Origin: Marsupella aquatica
Lineage: Eukaryota; Plantae; Marchantiophyta
Direction of reading: 5' to 3'
Length of the DNA stretch: 64,000 nt
Assembly: GCA_973895155.1 (NCBI GenBank)
Contig: OZ316891.1
Span: 7,743,808 to 7,807,807, forward strand
Part shown: in pieces, positions 36,674-48,885 of the stretch
Numbering within the stretch: position 1 is the first letter of the stretch
How the letters are laid out: each line of letters opens with the position of its first letter
Notes under the pieces: generated by a model
The model's database searches: none
What the model saw: the letters and a program-made list of their open reading frames with translations, nothing else
Told to the model about the DNA's origin: nothing
Position numbers and translations under genes: made by a program

Positions 36674-38163
36674 TGTCTACACGGAAGTAAAAACTTACGA
36701 ACTCGATAATCTGAACCTGGATTGAAAATTCTTTAAAATCTGGTCTTTCTTCCCCGTGGAAACGACCAACGAAACAGAGGGTGCCTAAGCTGGCTGGTGA
36801 CCAAGCGACTGACTGCGGCAGGACAAAGAATCTGGACCTCATTCATGAGTGCTTTGCTCTAATCCGTTTACCATATGCTAGACAGTGCAGTCTTATCATC
36901 TTCCCTATATATCGATCTGTAAGTCTTTTGGCCACAACATGCCAGTCATGTACGCATCCATAAGCTGTTTAAATTCTTCGAATTTGCTTTTCTGGCACGC
37001 ATATATGAGCGATGTACCGGTGCTATTCTGCTTAAATCCTAAGCCTATGGCACAATTTTGCCATGCTTGTGAGTCCGGGGTGGATCACCGACATATCCAG
37101 CTCAGTTCCAGCTCAGTTCAGCTTCAGAAATGAGTCACTCTGTTGGGCAGACCCAGAGGACATCCAAATGATTGCCTTTTGTGGGGAGATGGATAAGGAG
37201 CTTGAAAGGAATGAGAAAGTACTTACCATCCAGTCTGTCCCCAGGGACACCCCTCCTCTTTTTGGTAGTTGCATGGCAGATCTGTATTGGCACTTCATTG
37301 ATACATATAAATTCATGCAAGTTTGGGGTACTTTAATTGTCTACTACAGTTATTAAGGAGCACATATGGGCACCAAGCGGATACTCAAAAACATTCACTC
37401 ATCGATGAAAAATTTTCACTGCAAGATGCCACAACATGGTAGGTTGCTTATATCTGGAGTAAAGTCCAAGAAACAAGCAAATGTATTGTTGTATTGTGTT
37501 ATATAGTTCTAAGTAGTTGTGTAATGCAAGGCTCTGAAGATGCCTTAGACATGCATGCCCAATAACTGTTTTGAGACTGTGTTGTTCATGACTTGGTATT
37601 TCATATATGAAAACATTGGACAGTTGCTACTTCTATTCATTTAAAATTAAATCATAGAAACACACAAACATCTTAAGAGATTTTTGGTGTCATCCTTCTC
37701 TTGCCTATCCCTTACCCTAAGGTTACGCTTCATCAGGCATAAGGTTTAGATGTGAGGCTCACGTGTGCTACAAGCCTAGGTCTGACTAGAAGTAGCATAT
37801 GCGATAGGGGATGTGATGAGACATAATTTTGGATGTGAGTATTATACTAAACATACAAATGTGGCAACATTACACATCAAAATCTATGAAAGTCACTTTT
37901 TCACCCAACGTTTATGTGTCTAATACTTATTTATCGGTGTAATTTAAACATTAGTCCTGGCAAGGACAGGTGAAAGGGTGACACTTATTTGTTAACTTTG
38001 ATAGATGAGTCCAAGTTTGTCTTATTTTACTGATTGATTGATAATAGATTTCGTAATTTAGTTTTTATTCTCTTGCAGCTTATCACTTTTCCTCCTTTTC
38101 TTGTACCCTATGAAATTCCATGATTTGACATTTGTGTACATGTTACTTATAGCTAAGTACAAA

Positions 38164-38340
38164 CTAGAGTTGGGGCTTAGGTTTCTAGAGTAAAACCTCT
38201 AGACCTTAATTCCATGGCTCATCATGTGAATGAAAAAAACTCATGACTATGATACATATCAAATGATAATCATACATGCATTTTGTCATGATTTCTATTT
38301 ATATTAAAAAATGAGCTCTATGACCCCACCATAACATATG
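38164..38340 (-). mobile_element. Short repeat with a Helitron-like 3' end (hairpin + CTAG), same family as 42673-43170
   Basis: Minus strand reads AGGTTT-TACTCTAG-AAACCT (stem), 11 nt, then CTAG|T. The body is similar to 42673-42850. Confidence 0.45.
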
Positions 38341-38473
38341 TGCATAGAAAAAAGATGTGCATAGAAAAGAGTATCGTATATTATGTATGATTATTAAAAT
38401 GATAACTTGCATGATTATTTTTTTATCATCTCATTAAAATGTGAATAAAGGATATATTTTGGTGACATTTTGA

Positions 38474-40700
38474 TTGTCCTGCCCAGCCCCGCCCACCCCA
38501 ATTCTATTCACATTCAAAGAACGGGTATTTGGGGCTAGTGAATATAAAGAGAAGAGACTTTGTTGCATGTCCTTGCCTAGGGGACTGAACTTAATTGATG
38601 GCCCAAGGTGGATATGGTGTTCATTTGGCATTGCAGACTTTAATGTGTTTTTATCAAAGGAGGCGTATGTTTCTCTACAAAAACCCAAACCACTCCTTCA
38701 CATCCCTGGATGCATTTAACCTGAGTGTTAGTTATAGCTTCCGACATCGAGACACCGGCTACTAAGGTGGTAGGACAAACCTTGTCCCTCACGGAGTACC
38801 AGTTAGCCCAGATCTTTTGTCTGCCAATTAGAGGACCAATGCTGGTGGAACTAAGTATTCGGGATAAGGAGTATGTGCCACAGCATTTCAACCCTGTGGA
38901 CAGCACTTGCAACCTCCACCGCAAACTCCAGCTCCGTCTAGTAGGGTCAGAGTCACAGTGCGGGAGAGAGGCGGGCAGGGAGGCTCGGCTCCTTCTGTCG
39001 GGCAGTACCATTCTGGGTCTTGGATGGCGGAAAGCCAGGATTCTCTCCAAGGACAACATTTTATGCACAGCCAACCGCCTCCGCATCCAAACGTTCTCAA
39101 ATCTGGTCCGCCATATCGTGCCATGATGGCCCAACGAACTAATGCATCCACCTCGTCTCCTGTACGCGACACAGCAGGGCTCTCTAGAGAAGCGCTCGCT
39201 GCCAGCAGGGCGGCGAGCAGTATGGTCAATGTTCGACGTGTCAATATGGGCTCCATTCCCATGTCTAAGCGGAGAGATCCGCATGAGGTCTCCATACCTT
39301 TGGAAGAACATCAAAGGGACGAAGATGAATGGCTACGAGGTGAAACTCCGAAGCCCAAGAATGAATCTGAGAGCAAGGGTAAGATGGACAATGGGTACAA
39401 GCAAGGCTCATGTACCAATCTAGTCTCTATGGAGGAACTTAACTTCATCAGGACCACCTTACACATGATCGAGCCTCAATCCAAGATCTCCCTCAGTCTG
39501 CACTATTATGCAGGTGGAGCAATGCAAGAAGTAGAATTGGGCCCAATTCTTTGGCCGTCGTTTCTTGGGGGATCTTAAGTGAGCTAAGATAGGCCTGCAT
39601 ATTGGCAGAAAGACCTGGCTACCTCGAGAGCCACATCATGATCATCCTGGAGTAGTACAGTCAAGCAAAGGCGTGAGGTCAAGGGGAAGTATACCACAAC
39701 CTTGACCTTGGCCGGCGCCTGCCCCGCCCCTGGTAGTACATCAGATGCCCCGGATGCTGCACCGTGGGTAAATTGCACTCCTAGTCCGCCATGATCGGCT
39801 CCCCCGCCTACCCCGTTTGAGACCATTATGACCAATGGGCTCTTGCCACCTTCCCTTGTTGTTGTGCCCCCGCTACCTCCAACTTGACCACCCCCGATTC
39901 CACAGCCCCCTGCGGATCCCATTCCCTCTCCCTTGCGGACTACCAATTCAAGGAAGCAGTAGTCCCTTGGGTAGTCCCACCCATAGAGGAGCCTTATGGT
40001 GGCTCAGACTATGGATGAGTACCAAGAGGTACTCGGGACCTTAGCCCACGAGTTGGTGCAAGGGTTTAGTCAGAGTATTTTGGTGGACCTAGTGGAGCTC
40101 GTAGCCCGCCAGGTCACAGACCACTTCCAACCAACCTTCTTCACGTTGGAACACCACCCACGGCTTATGACCCTTGTGCAGGATAAACTCGTGGCCAAGG
40201 GAAGTTCTTCACATTGGAAGGGTTCTTGGTTTAGTCCATTCCATTGATTTGAGATGTGAAAGTTGCGCAGGATAAACTCATTTGCATCTCAAATCAATGG
40301 AATGGACTAAACCAAGAACTGCTTAAGGTTCAAGAGGACCTTAAAGGGCAGAAGGCAGTCGTGGCTTGGCTTGAGGAGGAGTTGGCGGCTAGAGTTAAGA
40401 GTCTAACCGACTTAACCAGCCAGTTTGTGCAAGCTAGTCAGCAGGTGAATACCGTCACCTTGGATCAGGATAAGTGGTTAGCGCAATATCAAGCCAACCT
40501 TAAAACGATAGGCAACCTCAACCACAAGGTGGCACGTTTGCAAGCCGAGGTAGATGAGATTGGAAGACAAGAGAAGGAGATTGGCATCTCGAAGCTGCTT
40601 ACATACAGACATCACAAGTTATGGACAGGCGGGTGGACAGTTAATGGGCAGAACAAGTTATGGACTACCGAAGTCATAATCCATCACTTTTTGCCATAAC
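38474..40700 (+). pseudogene. Degenerate TE-derived coding region (accessory-ORF-like N-terminus, low-complexity middle, coiled-coil end)
   Basis: Chain of broken same-strand ORFs (38474, 38725, 38907, 39996, 40256). KVVGQTLSLTEYQLAQIFCLPIRG resembles plant retroelement extra-ORF motifs; 40256-40600 is heptad-rich. Family not determined. Confidence 0.45.
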
Positions 40701-40772
40701 AATTGGATATATGTCTTGATCATAAGTGAATGTAGAGGTTACTGAAAAATAAAAAATAAACCTTTTGAATAA

Positions 40773-42360
40773 CATCAATCCTCCCCTGCAACCGGGAGGT
40801 CGGAAGAAACGAATAAAGAACAGCGCAGGTGATGGGAACTGCTAGCAAACCCCTGCAACAAGGCTCTGCTTCACTTCGGTTAATATCAAAATGATACAGA
40901 TTGATAAAGTGACAGCGTACGATTCCACATACAAGCTAGCTCACCTATTCTCGATCACTTTGACATCAGGTTACCTCAACGCAACACTCACTCAGCGACA
41001 ACTCACAGTCCTGTATTCCAGCTTTGACGTCAGGTCACCTCAGCGCAGCACTCAATCAGCGACGACTCACAGTCCTGTATTCCAGCTCCATCTTGCCAAA
41101 ACTTAGCTCAACTCCAGCTCACGGATGAGGTCCAAATCGTTATTCAGCTCCAACTCACATTTTAGGGTCTCAGCACTTGCACCAAAGTACTAACTTGATG
41201 TAGCTTACACTCCAAACTTTCCCGCAACTCACCTTACTCACAAGATCGACCTTCAGATTTTGAGCTCCCACTATACTTGCTACTTGACCTAGCAAACTAA
41301 CTTGATGTAGCTCACGCTCCAAGCTTTCCTGCAACTCACCTTACTCATAAGATCGACCTTCAGATTTTGAGCTCCCACTAGACTTGCTACTTGACCTAGC
41401 ACGCCCTACCTTGCAGGCACTCACACAGCAGTGCGCACGAGAACGCCACTCAATGTGAACTTTTTGCCCAAAAACTGAGCGGGAGACATGCAGTGAAAAA
41501 TGGGACATTTAAGTTAGAGGAAACGGAGGGAACCTTGCCATCAAATTTGGCTTAGCCATAAGGAAAAGCGGAGGATGGCTGGCCATAGCTCTATTGCAAG
41601 CTTTGTCAAACTTTCCAAGTTTGAATAACACATGGTCAATTCGTCTTATCCTTGTTCCAATCAGATTGCTAAGAACGTTAAAAATAGATAGGGAACTACT
41701 GTACCTTCCAATGATCACATAACCTTTGGAATAAAACCGAGATCTATACCTGTTGGGAAAAACTAGTTCTTTGAAAGAGGCACAACAATAAAATACGTAG
41801 CCGACATGCACTGCTCCTGTCCAACGGAAGCAGGCATAGTGTTAGGAGAATAGAAAAATGTAGCTGCGGTGTAGCTGTCACGCAGAGCTCCAATCAAAGC
41901 ACATAAAATGTTACAGTGCAGGAAGATCTGGAAACCAAATGTGGCATTCTTTATACCGTTGGAAAGAAGAAGTCAAGCTGCATCCAACAAGCCTAGACAC
42001 TCAGATTTTGAGAGAAAGATGAAGACACGGTATGAATCGTAAGTAGACACGGCACAAAGTGAAATGATCTATGATGGATGGTTTAATTTGTCCCCTGGAG
42101 TATCTCAACACCTGCAAAAAGGTGCAAAGTAGAGAGGACAATAGGTAGGAGACGCCTAATGTTTTGGACATCCTATGCTTCTTTAGGGACAATTTGATGT
42201 GGTGGCTCTTCAGGATTTACTGGCTGATTGTTCTCTGCTCCCCCTTTCACTGCTGAGGCTTTGTTTCCTTTGCTTGGGTGGTGCTGCCCCCTTGCATGCA
42301 TTAAAGCTTTGTTTCCAAAACAAAACAACCAAAATAAATAATTTTTAAAGATACCCTAGT
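40773..42360 (-). mobile_element. LTR-retrotransposon non-coding remnant with internal tandem repeats
   Basis: Minus-strand PPT-like AGGGGAGGAT followed by TGATG at 40787-40773. ~107-bp tandem duplication at 41191-41401; ~62-bp repeat at 40985-41085. No paired LTR found. Confidence 0.4.
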
Positions 42361-42672
42361 TGATTGTACCTTGTAAACAAACATATCATAATTTCTGTAC
42401 AGATTGACAGGTTATTGGACAGTGTGTAACCATTTTTGGAGGTGCCTGATATTCCCATAATCTCTTGCCTGGAAGAAACATTCTTTCTGGACAACAATAA
42501 ATTAAGTACTGTAATGGAGGTCTGGTAAGGGTTCTAGCCTGGATCCTGCTCCAAGAAAGCTCACAAAATCTTCTAGTGCCGGCAGTCAGGGGCTTCATTT
42601 TTTTCACATGGTTACAATAGGCTACTAACCCCAAACCAGACCGTCATCTTACTACTAATTTGCAAACAGAAG

Positions 42673-43175
42673 CTACGATTGGGGTCTAGGTTTCTAGAGT
42701 GAAACCTCTAGACTTTAACTTTAGGGTCCCACCAAATGTAGGTGGATGGAGAGGATGAGATTATTGTATGTCAAGACAATAATGCATGCTGATTTTTGCC
42801 ATCATCTCTATTGTCATTCAAAGAGTGGGCTTTCAGACTCCTCTAACCTATATAACTAATTGCAATGGGAAGCTAGTATTGGGTTCTACAGTAGGCTTCT
42901 AGAGTGAAGTTAGTATTGGGTTCTAGGCTTCTAGAATGAAGCCTCTAGACTGCAACTCTAGGACCCACTAAAATTTATGTAAACTCACTAAAACTTGGGA
43001 CTCTAGGACCCACTAAAATTTATGTGGACCCACTAAAACTTGGGACTCTAGGACCCAAAATAAAATAATAACAAATGAAAGGGACTCTAGGACCCCGTCT
43101 AGGACCCACTAACATTTATGTGGACCCACTAAAACTTGGGACGCCAGGACCCACTAAAATTTATGTGGATGGAGA
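42673..43175 (-). mobile_element. Stacked Helitron-like 3' termini plus a ~44-bp tandem array
   Basis: Hairpins AGGTTTC-6nt-GAAACCT (42688-42707) and AGGCTTC-6nt-GAAGCCT (42925-42944) lie ~11 nt from CTAG-like ends. CTAGGACCCACTAAAATTTATGTGGACCCACTAAAACTTGGGA is repeated about 4 times. Confidence 0.5.
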
Positions 43176-43554
43176 GAAGATAGGATATTATATATATGAA
43201 ACCGATGGTATTGACAAGCAAACAATGAGCATTCAGACTCGTTATCATATACTTTGGTCACGTGCCTCGTTTATTATTTGCCCAAACCACATTAGCACCA
43301 CTACACTACTATAGAGTATAGACTACGTTGGTGGTCCCCATCCGTCTCTCCGTTTGCATGATGAGTTCTCGATGGTCCCGTCTGTGTGCTCTTGACGAGA
43401 GGCCCACAGCTCCTCAACGTCGGCTTCAACGCCTTTCCATCATCCATTCGGATGTCCAGTGCTAATTTCGTTGGGGACGCACTCAATGGCGCTCCACATT
43501 TTCAAACAGAACACTTGAGCGCGAGCTTTGTAACATCACCAACTTACTTACTCC

Positions 43555-44380
43555 TCTGTGGCCGAAGCCTTTCAGCCTGTGATGATTGCTTTCCGCTTGA
43601 GTTGCTGCTGTTCGTGAATGGTCATTCGGTGCCAACGAACTGAAAAGTTGGGAGGGATTTCGCCGTTTGCTACATCATCAACGTTGTATGGGCGAAGGCT
43701 CTCAACCTGTGATTATTGCCTCCCGCTAGACAGAGTTGTTAGTGTTTTTGAATGGTCATTCTGTGCCAACGAAGTGGAAAGTTGGGAGGGATTTCGACCT
43801 TTGCGACATCGTCGACGTTCTGTGGCTGAAGCCTCTCAACCTATGACTATTGCCTTCCGCTAGAGTTGTTATTGTTCGTGAATGGTCATTCAGGGCCAAC
43901 GAATTGGAAAGTTGGGAGGAATTTCGACCTTTTTCCAACGTCATCATCGACGTTCCATGGCCGGAGCCTTTCGACCTGTGATTATTGCCTTCCGCTAGGC
44001 AGAGTTGTTGCTGTTCGTGAATGGTCATTCAGCGTCAACGAACTGGAAGCCTGGGAGGGATTGTGACGATCTTACTGATTGAGACGCGACATCAGGGGAG
44101 CAGATCCCGTTGCAGGCTTTCGAGCGTTCCGCAACGAGGACGGACATTGAATTGGAAGGAGTTTTGATTTGAACGAAATTTCAGATAACCTATGATTATT
44201 GCCTTCCGCTAGTCAGAGCTGTTGATGTTCGTGAATGGTCATTCAGTGCCAACGAACTAGAATTAGGGAGGGATTGCGACGATCTTGCTGATTGAGATCC
44301 CGTTGCAGGCTTTCGAGCGGGCCGCAAGGAGGACGGACATTGGACTGAAAGGAATTTTGATTTGAACGAATTTCAGATAA
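43555..44380. repeat. Five-copy ~130-215-bp tandem array directly upstream of the DUF3143 start codon
   Basis: Invariant GAATGGTCATTC at 43616, 43750, 43880, 44019 and 44233, within a conserved CTxTGATTATTGCCTTCCGCTAG...GCCAACGAACTGGAAAGTTGGGAGGGATT unit. Confidence 0.95.
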
Positions 44381-44423
44381 GAGGGAAAGAGTTTTTTTCC
44401 GGTTCAAGGAATCGCGAGCTCTC

Positions 44424-46497
44424 ATGTCCCTCCCCGCTGATACATTCGGTCGTCTCTTGTGTGGCGCCAGCGCCTCAACTTGCAGCAGCTCAACATGGAG
44501 CTCCAGCGGCGGTTGTGGCAAGGTGCATAATTCCCTTGCGCAGCGGCAACGAGGTGGGACGGTCTGTCCTTTCCCGGCACTTCAGATTGAGAGCTTCGCT
44601 GCCGGACACGGAAGATGTGGGAGGGAAATCTGTCCAGGGATTAGAAGATCTTTCGCCGATAGATTTGCGGGAGAGGTAATATCGGAAAGTAGGTCAAGAG
44701 TTTATTGTCAGGTCGGAGGAGGAGGTAGCAATTTGACTGTGGAAGATTGGACGAAGAAGCTTCCTGCGAAGAGGAAAGCATTGTACTCGCACAGTTTGCC
44801 TTGCATTGAGGCCTGGCTCCACAGCTTGGGTTTCGTTCAGAACAAAGAAGATCGGGCTGTGTGGACCATCGAGAGGCCTGATTGGCATGCTCAACTCTCA
44901 CTCGACCTCACCGATCTTTACATCAGGTTATTTCTGCCAATTAATTGCCTCTCTTGTCTTCTTTTCTCTGGTAACTGGCTGCATGGGATTCATTTCAGTC
45001 AGCGCCATTTTGTCATCGTGGATGTCTTGATGGCGAACGAGAGGTCTTTGTGGGTATTCTCGACAGTTATTCAGAGATTTCCCGGCTTCCAGTCAAGATA
45101 TAAACAATGTGCATTCATTGGGAATTTATTTTCACAATTTTACACGGTCGCTAGATCTGTGCTCCCTGTGTCTGTTCAATTTTCTGAGTCATGATTCTCT
45201 CTGGAAGTCCCTGGCCCCGAAGCATCTAATTGTGGTGGTATGCCCTCTCAAACTAACCGTGTCGCTAGTAAGATTCTAAGGTTTTGTAAAAACTGCAGTG
45301 AAAAGCCCCCCGCCAGACTCCGGCTTCTAACCCTCTTGCCTCATGCACCCAATATATCCTTGACAGTAATGTCGTCCTCGTCTACTGATGGGTAGATCGT
45401 CTTTCGGTTTCAAGGCAAAAATAGGAATTGTGTCTTCTTTCAATCTTATCACCTCGTATTCATAGCCTCCTCCTCCTTTTTCATCGTGAATGCCATCTCG
45501 GTTCTGCAACTCTATGGTTTTTAAAAGCCGTCAACTAATTGCTGCATATGATTTTGACCTCTGGTACTGTCGTAATCAGACGTCCTTCAGACATTACAAA
45601 CCCCGGGTGCTACTCCATTTGTCGCTGTGTGCAGGGGTTAGGGCGTGGAAAAGATAACCTTCAATAAGGAATGATTGCTTAGAAACACCCAATTCCTTCT
45701 CTCCTAACACACAGACGAAACTGTGTATGTAATCTACCGATGTGCTCTAGTAAATTGGTCTTCCTTCTCGATTGTTGGGGAACTTTACCAGAAGTCAAGC
45801 GGAAGCTCAAGGACTAGGGACTTAATCAGATATAGTAGTTGCTGGCCTACTGATGTCTCTCAAGAGTTTATGCGAACACGTTTCACTGAGCTACATATAC
45901 GTTGCAAGGATAAGGGCTTCCTCCTACAGCTACTAAGATATTATTTATTGATGGTAATTTTATTTGGCTCCTCACATTTTTTCCACTGCACTTTGTTACG
46001 AAGACCTGGAGTGTTGAATTTCCTTTGTCTGTCTTTCCATGTCCGTCGACAACAACATTGCGTTTGCATATTTGCTACCATTGTTGTTTCATTCTCAATG
46101 GACCGTGTCGCCAGTCTGCTATTAAGGAATGGTATCACATGAGCATTGGCCGAGATGATTTTCTCTTCCACACGCAATAGAGTAACGGATTAGTCCATTA
46201 TTGCAATTTCTGGAAGACCTTCTGCACTGACGCGAATGCAGGCTTTAAAATAAAATTTGGTGCGGTATGTTTACATTTTACTTTTGGGCTAAGAAAGTCT
46301 AGTCTAGGGGAGTGATGTTAAAAGGTGTAGCTCTCACAGAAAAAGTAATACCGACATTCGTTTCTCACTTCTTGGACGATACTTGTTGCAGATACCTAAA
46401 AAAGGGACCAGGGAAAATGGAGCGGGATATTGAAAGGAAATTCAGCTATGCACTAAGCAGGGAAGATCTCGAAAATGCAATTCTTGGTGGTCCTTGA
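44424..46497 (+). CDS. DUF3143 family protein, probably plastid-targeted; 2 exons (44424-44926, 46392-46497), 202 aa
   Basis: LPAKRKALYSHSLPCIEAWLHSLGFVQ..WTIERPDWHAQLSLDLTDLYIR/YLKKGPG..DIERKFSYALSREDLENAILGGP. The in-frame GT-AG intron and the Ser-rich N-terminus are consistent with this model. Confidence 0.9.
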
Positions 46498-48885
46498 CCT
46501 TACTGGTTTGTTAGTTGTGACATGGACTTGCCCTCGTTGATAAATTACCGCTTGGCCATTCCTTGATTTGTAATTTGCTCTCATGGACACGCTGTATTAC
46601 ATTTGATTCGATTCGTGTGAGTTGTGATCAAACTTATCTGCTTGTTGTTCACGAAGGGAGGTGAGGGCTTTCTTCGTCCATTTATATCTAGGTGCTAGAT
46701 CAGGTCAGTAACTTCTCGATTCGACTGCACAAGTGGAAATGGCCCCAGATTGGAAAGCAAGAGACAAGAGTTAAACTCTCACAAGGGATCGAATTGGACC
46801 TTGCAATCTAGATGTTGATGAAAGAAGACGACGGTTGTAATCAACAATACACAAGCGGAAGGTTCACTAATGTCTTTGGGAAGAGTTGACACAATTTTTG
46901 TAGTCTGGTCTCCAGAATTTACCGAAAAAGAAGAATTTATGACCATAGCTCAAAATCTTCACAAAAACTACATTGATCCCATTTGAATTGCATTTGGATT
47001 GTTGAGCTGCACGAAAAGTTCCTTCGCAGGACCCAGAAGTTCATTCCAGTAAGACCCATTGTTTCACATCAAATGCTTCACATTGCATTAGACGGCTGCT
47101 ATGCCTTCTTGGACACTTCTTCAAACAGGAATCACTGAAGAGCTTGAATAGAATACTGTGTCAGATCCAATTTTCAAGTGCCTGACAGAGTGTTTCAGAC
47201 AAAGCTATACCCACTCTACATAGTTCCCCTGACTTTGAATGTTAGGCAACTATTCCAGGTGGGAAGCCCATGGGTGTCTTCCTTGAATTTGGAGCCATGA
47301 AATGTCACTAAGGCCTTGGCCACACCAGGGTAAAGTCGGAGAGGGTCCTAAGGGGGGAGTCCACAGTGTTCTTTTGTAGAAAGGGGTTGTCAGAACAGTC
47401 AAATTCCTGAAGTAGGCCGTGTTTGCCAAATGCCTCGTTTGAATCAAGGTTTGAATCCGAACTGGTATGTGGGCTTCCCAATCTTTGGGCAGAAGTGGCA
47501 GTGGAGTCAACTTACTGCCAATCTCCTCCCTTTCGGACAGGATAGGATATTTCAACCAAGTGTCCTACCTTCGATGGGGAAACAATTGGCTGGAATTGAT
47601 CCCTCTGAGAGTGCCAAACACTTCTGGCTTCCAGAGACCATACAATATTTATAAACTATGTTTTATTTTATTATTTTATTAGATTGCCACCTTGTTGTTA
47701 GAATTATTGCTTTACTGGCCTTTTTTGTTTAATTAGTACAGTCTCACCTTTCCACCATTTGGTGGTTAAATACTCTAACCAAGGTTAGCCTGTCAGGTTC
47801 CAGTGGCAAAGATCGAACCATCTTCCTTTATTTGATAGTTTCAGGGATCTCTCCCAACCCAACCAAGGGGGTGAATCGCTTGAATTGCTCTGCCCCAGGA
47901 CACCCTCGTACATGGGTCACCCTCATTTGGAGATCAGTGATGAGAGTATTTAGTCAGGGACAATTGTAGAACTGGGTAATGTTGCCATCATTCAGAAAAG
48001 CTAGAAATATCTTGATATATTGTACAAATAATTACAGCACAAAGGGGGTGTTATACTTAGAGGAAAGAACTTGAGGATTCCAGGGGGCACCAATATGACA
48101 GCCACAAGATTTTAGGAGACACCAGTATATCAAGTTCTTGAGTTTTCCTTGCATGGCATATTTCATATGATAGCCAAAGAATTTGTGCTGTAGGTGTCAA
48201 AGCCCTAAACAAGATGTACGGAAATGTTGCAGGGTTAAACAAAAGACCTAGGTTCAGATAAACCAGTTGGTAGAAGTGGCTCTGATGAGGCTCCTGGATT
48301 GATTCAAATAAGGACCACTCTCATGGCTACAAGGTTTGAGGAAGACACATCAACAGTCATGGACAGAGACCTTTTGCCCAAATAAGCAAAGGGTGCCAAT
48401 GAATGAGTGGTAGGGTTTCTTAATGAAGTTTGAATGGATTCAAATTTAGACCCTAAAGTGGCTGCGGATCCTGGAGTACAAGGGGGGCAATAATCAAAAA
48501 CAATGTTCAGCAAGTATCTAGTGTGCCTCTTGTAAGAGGCCAAGACATCATAAAAGATGATCGTGGGCAGGGCAGAGGAGCCAAAATCCTTTAGAGGAAG
48601 GGGCAATTCATGAGAGAATGGATGTTGCATCATTTAAATATGTCCACCCTAAAAGACAATGTTAAGGCAGGATAGTAGAGGAATTCATGATGAAGAAAGA
48701 GGCAATTTTGTGTTTGGCAAAAGGATAATGAGTGGCAATTTTTAGCCAACTATGAGGGCTGGGATGTCCCTGTGGCTTGGTTTGATCTCAAAGAGCAGAG
48801 CAAACTTTCATTAAATTAGTACTATGCCTGCGGTTTGTTAAGAGGCAGGACAACAGGATATAAAATTACACACTTGGCACAAGAC

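Noticed and set aside
43555-44380. CRISPR array or C/D snoRNA cluster
   Set aside because: No unique spacers or cas genes, and the context is eukaryotic. Only the first unit has both TGATGA and a well-placed CTGA.
47230-48660. LINE/LTR remnant upstream of the TPR gene
   Set aside because: TE-like composition, but no diagnostic domain or termini could be identified.
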